DNA of 64,000 nt, taken from positions 1,636 through 65,635 of the forward strand of contig JAJZXF010000003.1 of NCBI GenBank assembly GCA_021802485.1, given 5' to 3'. The notes beneath the pieces were generated by a model that worked only from the letters and a program-made list of their open reading frames with translations, was not told the origin of the DNA and searched no databases. Source of the DNA: Actinomycetes bacterium (GTDB taxonomy: Bacteria > Actinomycetota > Acidimicrobiia > Acidimicrobiales > JAJZXF01). Of this stretch, positions 1-8,896 are shown in pieces. How positions within the stretch are numbered: the stretch's first letter is position 1; the number at the start of each line of letters is the position of its first letter. The translations under genes were made by a program, and so were the position numbers.

Positions 1-5
1 TCGGT

Positions 6-932
6 TCAGGGAACGTCGACCACTACCGTATTGGCAGCATGATCGTGCCATGCCTGACGCTTAGCATCCCACAACGGTGAAAGGCAATTAATGATACCGG
101 GTATATAGATCACCATCCACAGCACGGAGTAGACCACGCGTCGCAGTATTGCCCGACCGGCACCAACAGCACCACCCGTCTGAGCATCACGCACAGCTAT
201 ATGGAGCAGCTTCTTCCCGAGGGTCTGGCCAGACTCGCTGCCTTCCATCAGGCCCGTATAGAGGATGAAGACTACAAGCATCAAGAAGGGAAGGAGGAAG
301 AGTGCGGCGAAAATACCGCCGCCCGAACTCGTGGTACCGCAGTACGTACCGAAATTCGTGGTGTTACAAACCTGGTGAGTCGATGCGACGCCGATTCCAA
401 AGAGGAGCCCAATAATAATCCAGCTCGGAATGCCCACAATGAGGCCGTCGATAATGATCGCAACGAGCCTCTTCCACCACTCCGACAGCGGACGGCCTAA
501 GGCGTCCGTCGGACCTGCGGCCAAAGGCCACTGCTGAGATCCAGCGCCGTATGGCTGCTGATACTGGGGTGGGAACCCCGGCGGCTGGCCCTGAGGAGGG
601 CCATATGGGGGCTGCACGGGGGGTGGTGGCGGGAAGGCACCAGAACCGGGAGGTGGACCTGGTGGCGCGGGAGGTGGCGGCGGGAAGGCCCCGGGCGGCT
701 GGCCCTGAGGAGGGCCATATGGGGGCTGCGCGGGAGGTGGTGGTGGGAAGGCACCAGAACCGGGAGGTGGACCTGGTGGCGCGGGAGGTGGCGGCGGGAA
801 GGCCCCGGGCGGCGCGGGAGGTGGCGGAGCACCCCATGCTGGAGCACCTCCTCCAGGCTGGTTGTCACCGTTATTAGACTCGCCTGCAGTCCCCTCAGGG
901 GACACGCCCCCACCTGGCGTTACATCGGTCAT
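6..932 (-). CDS. RDD-family integral membrane protein with proline-rich N-terminal region
   Basis: Within ORF 6..1025. Preferred start is the ATG at 932, in frame and with GAGAGG about 6 nt upstream. The C-terminal half has an RDD-like pattern (WWKRLVAIIIDGLIVGIP ... RRVVY ... WHD) and about 3 hydrophobic segments. The N-terminal half is a PPGAFPPPPPAPPG-type low-complexity region. Confidence 0.8.
   Translation of the reverse strand: MTDVTPGGGVSPEGTAGESNNGDNQPGGGAPAWGAPPPPAPPGAFPPPPPAPPGPPPGSGAFPPPPPAQPPYGPPQGQPPGAFPPPPPAPPGPPPGSGAFPPPPPVQPPYGPPQGQPPGFPPQYQQPYGAGSQQWPLAAGPTDALGRPLSEWWKRLVAIIIDGLIVGIPSWIIIGLLFGIGVASTHQVCNTTNFGTYCGTTSSGGGIFAALFLLPFLMLVVFILYTGLMEGSESGQTLGKKLLHIAVRDAQTGGAVGAGRAILRRVVYSVLWMVIYIPGIINCLSPLWDAKRQAWHDHAANTVVVDVP
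581..808. repeat. 2 x 114-nt tandem coding repeat (38-aa Pro-rich unit)
   Basis: Units 581-694 and 695-808 differ at only a few bases. They encode PPGAFPPPPPAPPGPPPGSGAFPPPPP(A/V)QPPYGPPQGQ twice within the RDD gene. Confidence 0.85.
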
Positions 933-1079
933 TAAACACCTCTCAGTCGCTGCTATTGCACATCTCAGCCATCGCCTGACTTTGGCTCCTCTACACTGGT
1001 TAGTACATCTATCGACTGCGGTCAAGCATTAACGGTATGTGCAGGTCTCGTTAGTTAACTGTAATGGCTCGCCTGACGC

Positions 1080-1745
1080 TCAGGAACTACCGCGCAGGTC
1101 CCCGAGGAGGCTTGCTCTCGTCTCCTCCCCGAGAAGGACGGACGCCTCGTAGTCTCGGTGAGCTACACGAATCGTCACAGGGCCGCTAGCGAATGCCTCG
1201 ACCTGAACTGGATCAAGCTCGAACTTGATGTAATGAACGGAGGCTGTCGTCCCCTCCCTGGTCAGTGCAGCTTCATGGGTTGCCTCTGGCTTGCAACGAA
1301 CGAGCAACGGTTCTTTCTGATCGTCGCTCTGACCAATCAGGATCTCGATTGCACGTTCTATCCCGACCAGCCGTGGCAGCCATTGTTTCAAGTCATCCGC
1401 TGAGGTCATCTCAAGGAAGAGAGTCCCAGACAGCTCACCTTGACCCGGGATCAGCGGATTGTAGGCGTCCAGCTCGCCTTGGATCTGAGCATCGGAGTGC
1501 ATGCGTTCTGCCCTTGCCATCTCCTGTACTTGGAAGCGAACGGTCTCCCGGTTCTCAAATACAATTGAGATCAAGCGTCCGAGCTGCACTCTCCTGACAC
1601 GCTTCAATGCGATCACGTCTCTTCGCATCTCGTCTCGAATACGGTCGTAGGCCCGGAGGTCGGCTATATCTTCCAATGCAAGCTTCGGCCATGAAACTGG
1701 CCTTGGAGCGTTCACGGCACTCTTCGACAACTCGACAGCGCTCAC
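1080..1745 (-). CDS. DUF3501-family protein
   Basis: 221-aa ORF. The GTG start overlaps the stop of the upstream Fe-S gene (GTGA). The sequence pattern (AYDRIRDEMRRDVIALKRVRRVQLG ... VFENRETVRFQVQEM ... AYNPLIP) and the position next to an HdrD-like Fe-S protein and rubrerythrin fit the DUF3501 context as I recall it. Confidence 0.7.
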   Translation of the reverse strand: MSAVELSKSAVNAPRPVSWPKLALEDIADLRAYDRIRDEMRRDVIALKRVRRVQLGRLISIVFENRETVRFQVQEMARAERMHSDAQIQGELDAYNPLIPGQGELSGTLFLEMTSADDLKQWLPRLVGIERAIEILIGQSDDQKEPLLVRCKPEATHEAALTREGTTASVHYIKFELDPVQVEAFASGPVTIRVAHRDYEASVLLGEETRASLLGDLRGSS

Positions 1746-3079
1746 GTTGAGCGCTCTTCTGGGATCCCATAGGCCCTGGCCAGCAACTGCAGGGGATGCA
1801 GTGGCACGAGACCGGTCTCCTCTCGGATAGCTCCGTTCGCTAGATGGCAGTCACCGCACAGCTCGCCGCTTGACGCGTCCACAGACCGGCAGAGCTTTCC
1901 TGCCACCTTCTTTGCAAGAGCGTAATTCTCAGCTCTATATCCCCACGTGCCATCTATGCCGGAGCACCCTTGCAGCACGTTGACCTTCATCCCCGCAAGT
2001 GCCAGCAGGTCCCGCGACGGAGAACCCATGGTCTGGGCCCGCGTGTGACAAGACAGATGGTACGTCACCTTCTCGGGCACATGGCCATTGAACTCAGTAT
2101 CAAGTGGCCTTCCCGAGTTCCGGTGCGCTCTCAATAGGTACTCCGCTGCATCGAAAGTGTGCTCCGCGACCATTGCCGCGTCGGCCGCAATCTGAGCCCC
2201 GCGAGCTGACTCGCCCTCAATTCCACCGAGGTAGCGCGGATAGTCCTTTCGGATCACGTACGCGCATGTCGGTTGCGGCACAACAACATCACGACCAGCA
2301 CGAACCTCCGCAGCGAGAACGGTGACGTTACGTCTCGCGGAACGCCTGAACTCCGGGACGTTCCCGCCATGAAGCCACGGCGCACCACAGCATCGAGCTC
2401 CATCAGCAAGGACACACGAGACGTCGTTGCGTTCGTAAACCTTTACGAGGTCCATGCCTATCGCTGGCTCCATGTACTCCACGAAGCACGTCGGGAACAC
2501 AGCAACTTCGCCACGCGGGGATCCAATCATCGCTCCGTTCCTCCTCGCGAACCAGGTGCTGAAACGCTGGCGAGCGTACGGCGGGAGCAGGCGCTCAGAT
2601 GCAATGCCCACCGCCCGCTGCATTACACGCCGAGAGGCGGAGCCACGCTTCGACGTGAGCATGTTCACGAGTGGTGCGACAGAAGTCGATGCCTTCCCAA
2701 GAAGATCCGTGCGACCTAGAAACTGATCAGCTACGCGCTCTGTCACAGTTGCCTTGCCGCTAGAGCGACGTAGCGCATATGCCCTCGCTATCAAACGCGG
2801 AAAGTCGAGCTCCCACTCATGAGGCGGTATGTAGGGGCATTTCAGATAGCACAGCTTGCACTGGTAACACTCATCAATCACCCGGTCATGATCACTTGGC
2901 TGCATGCGAGAGACCGCGCCGTCCAACGAGTCGATGGTGTCGAACAGGGTCGGGAATGCGGGGCAAAGGTTGAAACACAGCCTACATCCGTGGCAGATCT
3001 CAAAGACGCGCTCCAGTTCCACGCGCAAATCTGCCTCGTCATAGTAGTGCTTGTGGCTCGGATCGTACGTCGTGGTCAT
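1742..3079 (-). CDS. (Fe-S)-binding oxidoreductase, HdrD/GlcF-like
   Basis: 445-aa ORF with two ferredoxin-type motifs, CHGCRLCFNLCP and CYQCKLCYLKCP. Downstream Cys-rich segments include CCG (GARCCGAPW). Confidence 0.85.
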   Translation of the reverse strand: MTTTYDPSHKHYYDEADLRVELERVFEICHGCRLCFNLCPAFPTLFDTIDSLDGAVSRMQPSDHDRVIDECYQCKLCYLKCPYIPPHEWELDFPRLIARAYALRRSSGKATVTERVADQFLGRTDLLGKASTSVAPLVNMLTSKRGSASRRVMQRAVGIASERLLPPYARQRFSTWFARRNGAMIGSPRGEVAVFPTCFVEYMEPAIGMDLVKVYERNDVSCVLADGARCCGAPWLHGGNVPEFRRSARRNVTVLAAEVRAGRDVVVPQPTCAYVIRKDYPRYLGGIEGESARGAQIAADAAMVAEHTFDAAEYLLRAHRNSGRPLDTEFNGHVPEKVTYHLSCHTRAQTMGSPSRDLLALAGMKVNVLQGCSGIDGTWGYRAENYALAKKVAGKLCRSVDASSGELCGDCHLANGAIREETGLVPLHPLQLLARAYGIPEERST

Positions 3080-3223
3080 GATATAGCTCCTCCTTAGGAG
3101 AACGTTACGCGATCATCATGAGGCCGTCGACCCCGCAGGCAAACGCCCTGCCCCGCAGCCAAGCGCCCCGGAGGCGGCGGGCCGCCGCTCCCGCCGCATC
3201 ATCCACACAGGCCAGTGCGGAAC

Positions 3224-3643
3224 TCAGGACACCGACGTAAGCCCCTGGGAGAAGCGCCCAGCATGGCTCTTCTCCGCCTTCGCAAGCGTCTCGAACCACT
3301 CGGCTATTTCATCAAATCCCTCGCCTCTCGCAGTCGCGGCAAAACCCGGGTACATCTCCGTGTACTCATACGTCTCGCCTTCAATTGCCGAGTGCAGATT
3401 CTCTTCGGTGCTCCCTACGCTGACCCCGGTCACCGGGTCGCCCACCTCCGCTAGAAAGTCAAAATGCCCGAAGGCGTGGCCAGTCTCGCCTTCTGCGACC
3501 GAGCGGAACAGAGCAGCAACGTCGGGGTATCCCTCCACGTCGGCCTTCTGCGCAAAGTACAGGTACCGCCGGTTCGCCTGGCTCTCACCCGCGAATGCTG
3601 CCTTAAGGTTGTCATGGGTCTTCGTGTCTTTTAGTGCAGGCAC
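3224..3643 (-). CDS. Rubrerythrin-family diiron protein (no rubredoxin domain)
   Basis: 139-aa ORF with a GTG start and GGAGGA about 7 nt upstream. Motifs: FAGESQANRRYLYFA, EGETGHAFGH, EGETYEYTEMY, AEKSHAGRF (ExxH diiron ligand motifs). Confidence 0.9.
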   Translation of the reverse strand: MPALKDTKTHDNLKAAFAGESQANRRYLYFAQKADVEGYPDVAALFRSVAEGETGHAFGHFDFLAEVGDPVTGVSVGSTEENLHSAIEGETYEYTEMYPGFAATARGEGFDEIAEWFETLAKAEKSHAGRFSQGLTSVS

Positions 3644-3656
3644 TGGTTCTTCCTCC

Positions 3657-3688
3657 TTGGTTAGTTAGTTAGTTGATTGGTTGGTTGG
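3657..3688 (-). repeat. 8 x tetranucleotide repeat directly 5-prime of the rubrerythrin Shine-Dalgarno
   Basis: The minus strand reads (CCAA)3 TCAA (CTAA)3 CCAA, then GGAGGA-AGAACCA-GTG. It fills half of the 64-nt gap between the fur-like stop and the rubrerythrin start. Confidence 0.8.
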
Positions 3689-3707
3689 TACTTGACTGCG
3701 TGGTCGG

Positions 3708-4181
3708 TCACTTGGCTGCTTGGTCCGTTGGCGTTGGCTCAGGCTGAGTACACGCAGCGAGCTCAATCCGGCAGACATCGCAATACCCCCTGAAGACGAC
3801 CTCAGCACTTCCCAGTAAGAAGCCGTGATCCGCGCCCGAAGGCACCTCCAGTTGGGAGTAGTCAGCATCGAGATCAGCCACCTTGCCACATCCACGACAG
3901 ACCAGGTGGTGATGGGGACTCTCGACGTTCGGATCAAAACGCATCGTGCCTGTACCGAGATCGAGGGGTAGCACCTCTCCCATTTCCGCAAGGTCATTCA
4001 ACGTCTGATACACGGTCTTGAGTGAGATCGTCTCCATCTCAGACCTCGCTGCAGTGTAGACCGCCTCCGCTGACGGGTGGCTGGTGTCTCCCTGGATGAT
4101 CCTGAAGATACACTGGCGCTGCGGCGTCACCTTCCTGCCGTTCGCTCTAAAGACCTCCGCCAGTTCCTGGGGACTACGCAC
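3708..4181 (-). CDS. Fur-family metalloregulator (PerR/FurA-like by context)
   Basis: 157-aa ORF with a GTG start. Has a winged-helix segment (KVTPQRQCIFRIIQ ... SAEAVY ... ISLKTVYQTLNDL), HHHLVCRGCG and a C-terminal CDVC (two CxxC pairs). Sits immediately upstream of rubrerythrin. Confidence 0.9.
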   Translation of the reverse strand: MRSPQELAEVFRANGRKVTPQRQCIFRIIQGDTSHPSAEAVYTAARSEMETISLKTVYQTLNDLAEMGEVLPLDLGTGTMRFDPNVESPHHHLVCRGCGKVADLDADYSQLEVPSGADHGFLLGSAEVVFRGYCDVCRIELAACTQPEPTPTDQAAK

Positions 4182-4333
4182 AATTGGACCTTATCACCAC
4201 TAACTGTTATCTGACAAGTCATTACATTTGGCTATGTACGGACCAGCGACGTCCACCAGAACCTGCTCCGCACGCTGCACGTGCGTGTGCGCCTTGCTTT
4301 GAGTACCCATCGGGAGGCTAACCTCTTGCCGTT

Positions 4334-5467
4334 ATGCCAACCACTAGTGAAAACGACGCGTCAGAACACCTTCCAAGGCGGGCGAGGCGCCAAGCCGGCG
4401 GCACCTCGAACCGCCTGTGGATAGCTGTACTTGCTACCTTCATACTGTTGATTGCTGCGTTGATCGTTATCGCTGTACGAGCGGCATCTACTCATCCGCA
4501 CGTCCATGGGAAGGTAGCCCCAGTGCCCACGCTACCCACAACCACAGCGTCGAACAGCACGAACACCAGCGGCATTTGCCCCTTGACCGGATTGCCAGCG
4601 CCCAGAGGATCCATCCCTGCAAGACCTGCGCTCGCGATCAAGGTGGACAACTACTCCGCAGCTAGGCCGCAGACCGGGATCAACCATGCGGACATCGTCT
4701 TCGAGGAGCCGGTGGAGGGTGGCATCACGAGGTTTGTCGCCGTCTTCCAGTGCCATGGCGCGAAGCTGGTGGGTCCGATCCGCTCTGCCCGCTTGGTCGA
4801 CGTCGACATCCTATCCCAGCTAAGCGATCCGATCCTTGCGAACATGGGCGGTATTCCCCCGGTTATTTCTGCTATCCAGAACGCGCCCATCATCGAGGAG
4901 AACATGCTGGGGCTCGGCCAGGTGATTCATCGGAACTACAACAGAGTGCCACCGTACAACACGTATGCGAGCACCTCAGCGCTCTGGGGACTCCATTCGG
5001 CCGACACGACCGCGCCTGCCCAGCTGTTCACATACTCCAATACCGTCCCAGCTGGGACTCCCGCAGCAAGCGTCCACGTTCCGTTCTCCTACGCCTCCGA
5101 CGTCACCTGGAACTACGACCCCACAACCCACCAGTACCTGCGCTATTACAACGGCACGACACCGGCGATGCTGAGCGACGGCACTCAGATTTCAGCGGCC
5201 AACCTGGTCATACAGAGCGTCCGCGTCACCTACGGACCATGGGTCGAAAACTCCCTTGGCGGCCTCGAGGTCGTCTCGCACATGATCGGCTCCGGGCCGC
5301 TAATCGTCGTACGAAACGGAGTTGCAGTCTCTGGCACGTGGCAACGCCCTTCTCTTACCTCTCCAACCGTGCTCACCGCGGCCAACGGTTCGACCATCGC
5401 GCTCCAACCCGGCAACACCTGGGTCGAGATCGTCCCCAACACAGTGAGCGTTACGACCGCACCGTAA
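4334..5467 (+). CDS. DUF3048 (YerB-like) membrane-anchored protein
   Basis: 377-aa ORF with an N-terminal TM segment (LWIAVLATFILLIAALIVIAV). The core ALAIKVDNYSAARPQTGINHADIVFEEPVEGGITRFVAVF is typical of DUF3048. Confidence 0.8.
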   Translation: MPTTSENDASEHLPRRARRQAGGTSNRLWIAVLATFILLIAALIVIAVRAASTHPHVHGKVAPVPTLPTTTASNSTNTSGICPLTGLPAPRGSIPARPALAIKVDNYSAARPQTGINHADIVFEEPVEGGITRFVAVFQCHGAKLVGPIRSARLVDVDILSQLSDPILANMGGIPPVISAIQNAPIIEENMLGLGQVIHRNYNRVPPYNTYASTSALWGLHSADTTAPAQLFTYSNTVPAGTPAASVHVPFSYASDVTWNYDPTTHQYLRYYNGTTPAMLSDGTQISAANLVIQSVRVTYGPWVENSLGGLEVVSHMIGSGPLIVVRNGVAVSGTWQRPSLTSPTVLTAANGSTIALQPGNTWVEIVPNTVSVTTAP

Positions 5468-5777
5468 ACAGCATACGAAGGCTTCCAGCTAAGCGTAACT
5501 TACTCTCACACCAGGACAAGTTCTCAGAGGGGACTTGCTCGCTTACCCTGGCAACCAAGTCATAGCCTCAGCAGGTCCATCCACCATCTCGGGTAGCTTC
5601 GATGGGCGCCAATTGGTCAGTTGCCGGCAGAAGAAGCCCAACACCCGGCGTCAAACCCTCCTCACGTGCTGAAGAAGCATCTGCACGGCATCGTCACGCA
5701 CCACAAGCAAGCGCGTTGTACAGATCATTAGGATCGATGGGGTTCTCCCACCGGCACAACGAGTAGGAGGCTATTTC

Positions 5778-6044
5778 ATGGCAGAGGTGATCGGCGCACA
5801 AATCGAGCAGCTGCAACAGCTTGAGGTCACTTTCAAGAACCAGGCCGGAAATGTCGAGTCGATGACCAAGGGGATCACATCCCAGCTCGGTTCAACCCAG
5901 TGGGAAGGTCCCGCTGCAGATCGGTTCCGAAGCGCTTGGTCGGGCGAGTTCGCACCCATGCTGAACAAGCTCGTAACCGCCCTAACCGAAGCCAGCCAGG
6001 AAATCGACCGTCGTCGCAATGCCCTGATCCAGGCTGGGAGTTGA
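5778..6044 (+). CDS. WXG100-family (ESAT-6-like) type VII secretion protein
   Basis: 88-aa ORF with GTAGGAGG 6-8 nt upstream of the ATG. A central W-x-G (TQWEGPAADRF) lies between two predicted helices. Confidence 0.85.
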   Translation: MAEVIGAQIEQLQQLEVTFKNQAGNVESMTKGITSQLGSTQWEGPAADRFRSAWSGEFAPMLNKLVTALTEASQEIDRRRNALIQAGS

Positions 6045-6134
6045 ACAAGTTGCGGCCCTGAGCCCTATCTTACGGAAGGCGAATGTGGCCGCAATCCGAT
6101 CAACGCGAACCCAGTGGTAACACTCGTACGTGGG

Positions 6135-6173
6135 CTTCCAGGCGAAACAGCGCCTGGAAGCAGCGCCTGGAAA
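6135..6173 (+). repeat. 10-bp perfect hairpin with duplicated 3-prime arm
   Basis: CTTCCAGGCG (6135-6144) pairs with CGCCTGGAAG (6151-6160). A second copy, CGCCTGGAA, lies at 6164-6172. It is 90 nt downstream of the WXG100 stop and no U-tract follows. Confidence 0.4.
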
Positions 6174-6643
6174 TGGTGTTAATCTAGTGGCTAATCGGAT
6201 CGAGGCCATCCTGCTCCTAGAACCACATGTCGCGCGGCGGTGCTGCAAACGAGCGCCCAACTACTATCATGCATTGCGTGGAACTGGGCGACGTACGCAC
6301 CGCCAATATTTGTTGCGACCCTTCCCAGAGACGGCTGCCTGCTCCCCCGGGATCATTTCGCCTTGCTTTCGGTGTCTGCGGCATCGCTAAAGGGTCGGTG
6401 GCTTTATTGACTTTGGAAGCCACAGCGGAGCCCAGGAAAGGTCGGCGTTTCGTCCGTGATCAATATCATCTTCGACCCCGAATCGCCCGGCTCTCGCTCG
6501 CACAATCAAGATCAGCCTTATCTGCAAGCGCAAGAGCTTGCAGCAAGCTCTACATGCCAACCCGTGGAGGCGCCCATGCCTGGCGGGAATTAATGTGATC
6601 TCACGGATCTTGTTCCTCGCTCCCGCGATCGGCGGTTGATTCG

Positions 6644-6877
6644 ATGGCTATCGACCCCAGCGACTCCCAGGACCTTGTCGATGAGATCCGCAAGGCGATC
6701 GCAGCGGATGCCGTAGGTCTTGCAGAGGTCGTGGATCTCCTTACACTCCTGCGAATGGAGCGCTTATCGCGCACATCAGATGTCCCACGAGAAGCAATCT
6801 GGCATCAGATCTTCACCCGGATAGACGAGGCTCCCCGCACAACGCACCCTGACGACGGCAACGCGATGCCCCGCTAA
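6644..6877 (+). CDS. Hypothetical small protein
   Basis: 77-aa ORF with non-repetitive acidic/helical composition, a weak SD and no recognisable motif. Confidence 0.3.
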   Translation: MAIDPSDSQDLVDEIRKAIAADAVGLAEVVDLLTLLRMERLSRTSDVPREAIWHQIFTRIDEAPRTTHPDDGNAMPR

Positions 6878-7442
6878 ACCGACACGTGATTCTTATCTTT
6901 TGAAGCCTCCCGGCCCTAAAGGGCCGAGATTCCGTGTCGATGCCCTGTCTCCTTCCGATACTGCTGGTAGGCCATAGGGAGCGCCTGGTTCCCGGGGCAT
7001 GTTGTTCATGCCGCCACCGATGTAGCTGTGGTGGCCTGGTCCGGTACCGGAATGCCGCCAGACACCTCTGTCGCACCACGACTGCGCCGGGTGTGACGGG
7101 CCGTGATGCGCGCCGCTGATCGTCGCGAACGGCGAGGTCGGCCTCGGTGCTTGGTACTGTTCGGCCTCGACAACCCTCCGGCTTCTTGGAGGTGAGGTGC
7201 GAACGCTCGCCACATGGACGCGGCTCCCTCTAAGTCGCACGTGTCTGTGCTGGCACTATTGCAGCACGCGTCCCTACCACCTACCAGCCCAGTCCGATGT
7301 TCGCTATCGCTGCCCTGAGTGGCCGAGTTTGCGCTCACAAACAAACAGATCAACGACCACAGCCTCGGTCCGCTTCGATCACGCGTAAGCGCATGCTGGC
7401 ATCGGCGCCACCAGCATTCTCGCCTGTTCTGAGAAACAAAGA

Positions 7443-8336
7443 CTATACCCGAGCAGCTTCCTGCGAACTTGAAGGAAAGAAGGATGCGAGATCCGCCAGC
7501 AGCTGCGCCTTTGACGTCTGGAATACGTCTACCAACTCATCGCCTCCTCCGCCCACAAGAGATCCGGTGGCTGGCAGCCGCCAGAGACCCAGTTCGCCAG
7601 CATCAGCCCATGAAACCACGCCCCCCTCGACGGTCGATCCGGCGCCAAAGTGCATAACGGTTGTCACAACGAATGCTTTACAGGCCGCCAAAGCCTCTAC
7701 AAGCTGGCTCATGAGCGACTCGTCATCCCTGCCACGACACAGCTGTAACGCCTCGTCGCGAGCTCCAGAGTCCGCGAGGTCGCGTATCCGCATTAGAAGA
7801 GAACGTGGCAGCGAGAGGATGCCATCCCCTATCATCGGTCGGTCCGAGAGCTGAGTACGCAACTGCAGCCGACCGGGAATCTCCTCAGCTCGAAACGGAG
7901 TGAATCGAAAGACGCCATCGCAAACCACTGCTTGCTCGACCGCGGCCTCAGGCTGCGCCAGGATAAACCACGTATCATCTGCTTCCTCCGTGCGACACGA
8001 GATCTCAACGGACAGCGATGGCACACAGATCAAATACACGAGATCCCGCACAGCCTCGCGGGCTCTGGACTCTGGGGTCTGCGCCGTTGCGACAATCGGC
8101 TCACCATCTCCCGCGGGCGCGGAACTGACAATACGTCGTGCTACCAGGCTACGACGGGCAACTGCTGCAGCATCATCGCTTACGAGACTCAAGTCCCCCG
8201 CGGTCCTCGGAGGAGCGATTGCCAGATGCCTTGCAAGGACCACCAGCTCCTCGCTCGAGAAGTCAATCGAAAGCTCCACCATCCCTACCCTTTCATCCTC
8301 GTCCCAACAAGCTCTCTTTGCAGGTGCGTTCGTCAC
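7443..8336 (-). CDS. Hypothetical cytoplasmic protein, possibly EspG-like T7SS chaperone
   Basis: 297-aa ORF (alternative start MVELS at 8285) with no TM or signal peptide. Its layout loosely recalls EspG proteins (ELSIDFSSEELVVLARHLAIAPP near the N-terminus, VVSWADAGELGLWRL near the C-terminus). It lies between two WXG100-type genes. The family call is weak. Confidence 0.4.
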   Translation of the reverse strand: MTNAPAKRACWDEDERVGMVELSIDFSSEELVVLARHLAIAPPRTAGDLSLVSDDAAAVARRSLVARRIVSSAPAGDGEPIVATAQTPESRAREAVRDLVYLICVPSLSVEISCRTEEADDTWFILAQPEAAVEQAVVCDGVFRFTPFRAEEIPGRLQLRTQLSDRPMIGDGILSLPRSLLMRIRDLADSGARDEALQLCRGRDDESLMSQLVEALAACKAFVVTTVMHFGAGSTVEGGVVSWADAGELGLWRLPATGSLVGGGGDELVDVFQTSKAQLLADLASFFPSSSQEAARV

Positions 8337-8403
8337 AATCTAGCACTGGGCGCGTTGAAATGATCAAGGGAGTAGTTAACTCCGCAGACGCCGGATAATC
8401 GGG

Positions 8404-8850
8404 TTGAACAATCGGAAGGACGCTACATTGCAGACACCGGTCGGGGATGCAACTGCCTTGGATCAAGCGGCAAGTACCTGTCGTCAACGGGGTAGCGAAA
8501 TCTACTCCCTCGCAAGTTCTCTAGCCAACGAGACGACGTCGCCATCATGGGTCGGCCCCAGAGCTGACCGCTTCCGCAATGACATGGGAGCCATGAAACA
8601 CAACCTTGATTCGATCGCAGCTGAACTCGAGACCCTCGCTTCGCAGTTCTTGGCATTGGCCCGTGAAGTAGAGGGGGAGATGAACCTGCTTCAAAAGATT
8701 GAACAAGACGTTCTTCAATTCATGGACTCCTTCGAACCACTTCTCGACATGCCACCGCCGCCATGGCAAGGCACCCCCTGGGGTCCGGGACATCTCCCTG
8801 GCCCGTTCGATCCCGCATGGAAAGCTGTAGCAAAGGCCTTCGGCCTGTGA
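8404..8850 (+). CDS. WXG100-like protein with C-terminal Pro/Trp-rich extension
   Basis: 148-aa ORF with a TTG start. The W-x-G (SPSWVGPRADRFRNDM) is flanked by helical segments (LDSIAAELETLASQFLALAREVEGEMNLLQKIEQ). The extra tail reads PPPPWQGTPWGPGHLPGPFDPAW. Confidence 0.7.
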   Translation: MNNRKDATLQTPVGDATALDQAASTCRQRGSEIYSLASSLANETTSPSWVGPRADRFRNDMGAMKHNLDSIAAELETLASQFLALAREVEGEMNLLQKIEQDVLQFMDSFEPLLDMPPPPWQGTPWGPGHLPGPFDPAWKAVAKAFGL

Positions 8851-8896
8851 CGTCCACCGCTTTGCGCACACTCGCCTTCTTGCGAGGCTCTGAATA

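Noticed and set aside
201-913. Several 100-160-aa ORFs on both strands overlapping the RDD gene (201..500, 364..837, 497..913, 551..877)
   Set aside because: They are alternative-frame or antisense readings of a GC- and Pro-rich repeat region. Their translations are Arg/Pro/Gly low complexity. The RDD frame alone has a motif, TM segments and an RBS.
4182-4240. Possible Fur/PerR box upstream of the fur-like gene (TTATCTGACAAGTCATTAC)
   Set aside because: Only a 4-bp dyad (TGAC-AA-GTCA) is truly symmetric. Similarity to Fur/PerR consensus is too weak to support by eye.
6880-7440. Overlapping minus-strand ORFs 6813..7079, 6893..7240, 7006..7353 and plus-strand 7297..7854
   Set aside because: They mutually overlap, are Arg/Pro/Ser-rich and have no RBS or motif. 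7297..7854 is antisense to the 7443..8336 gene. The region is left unannotated rather than called.
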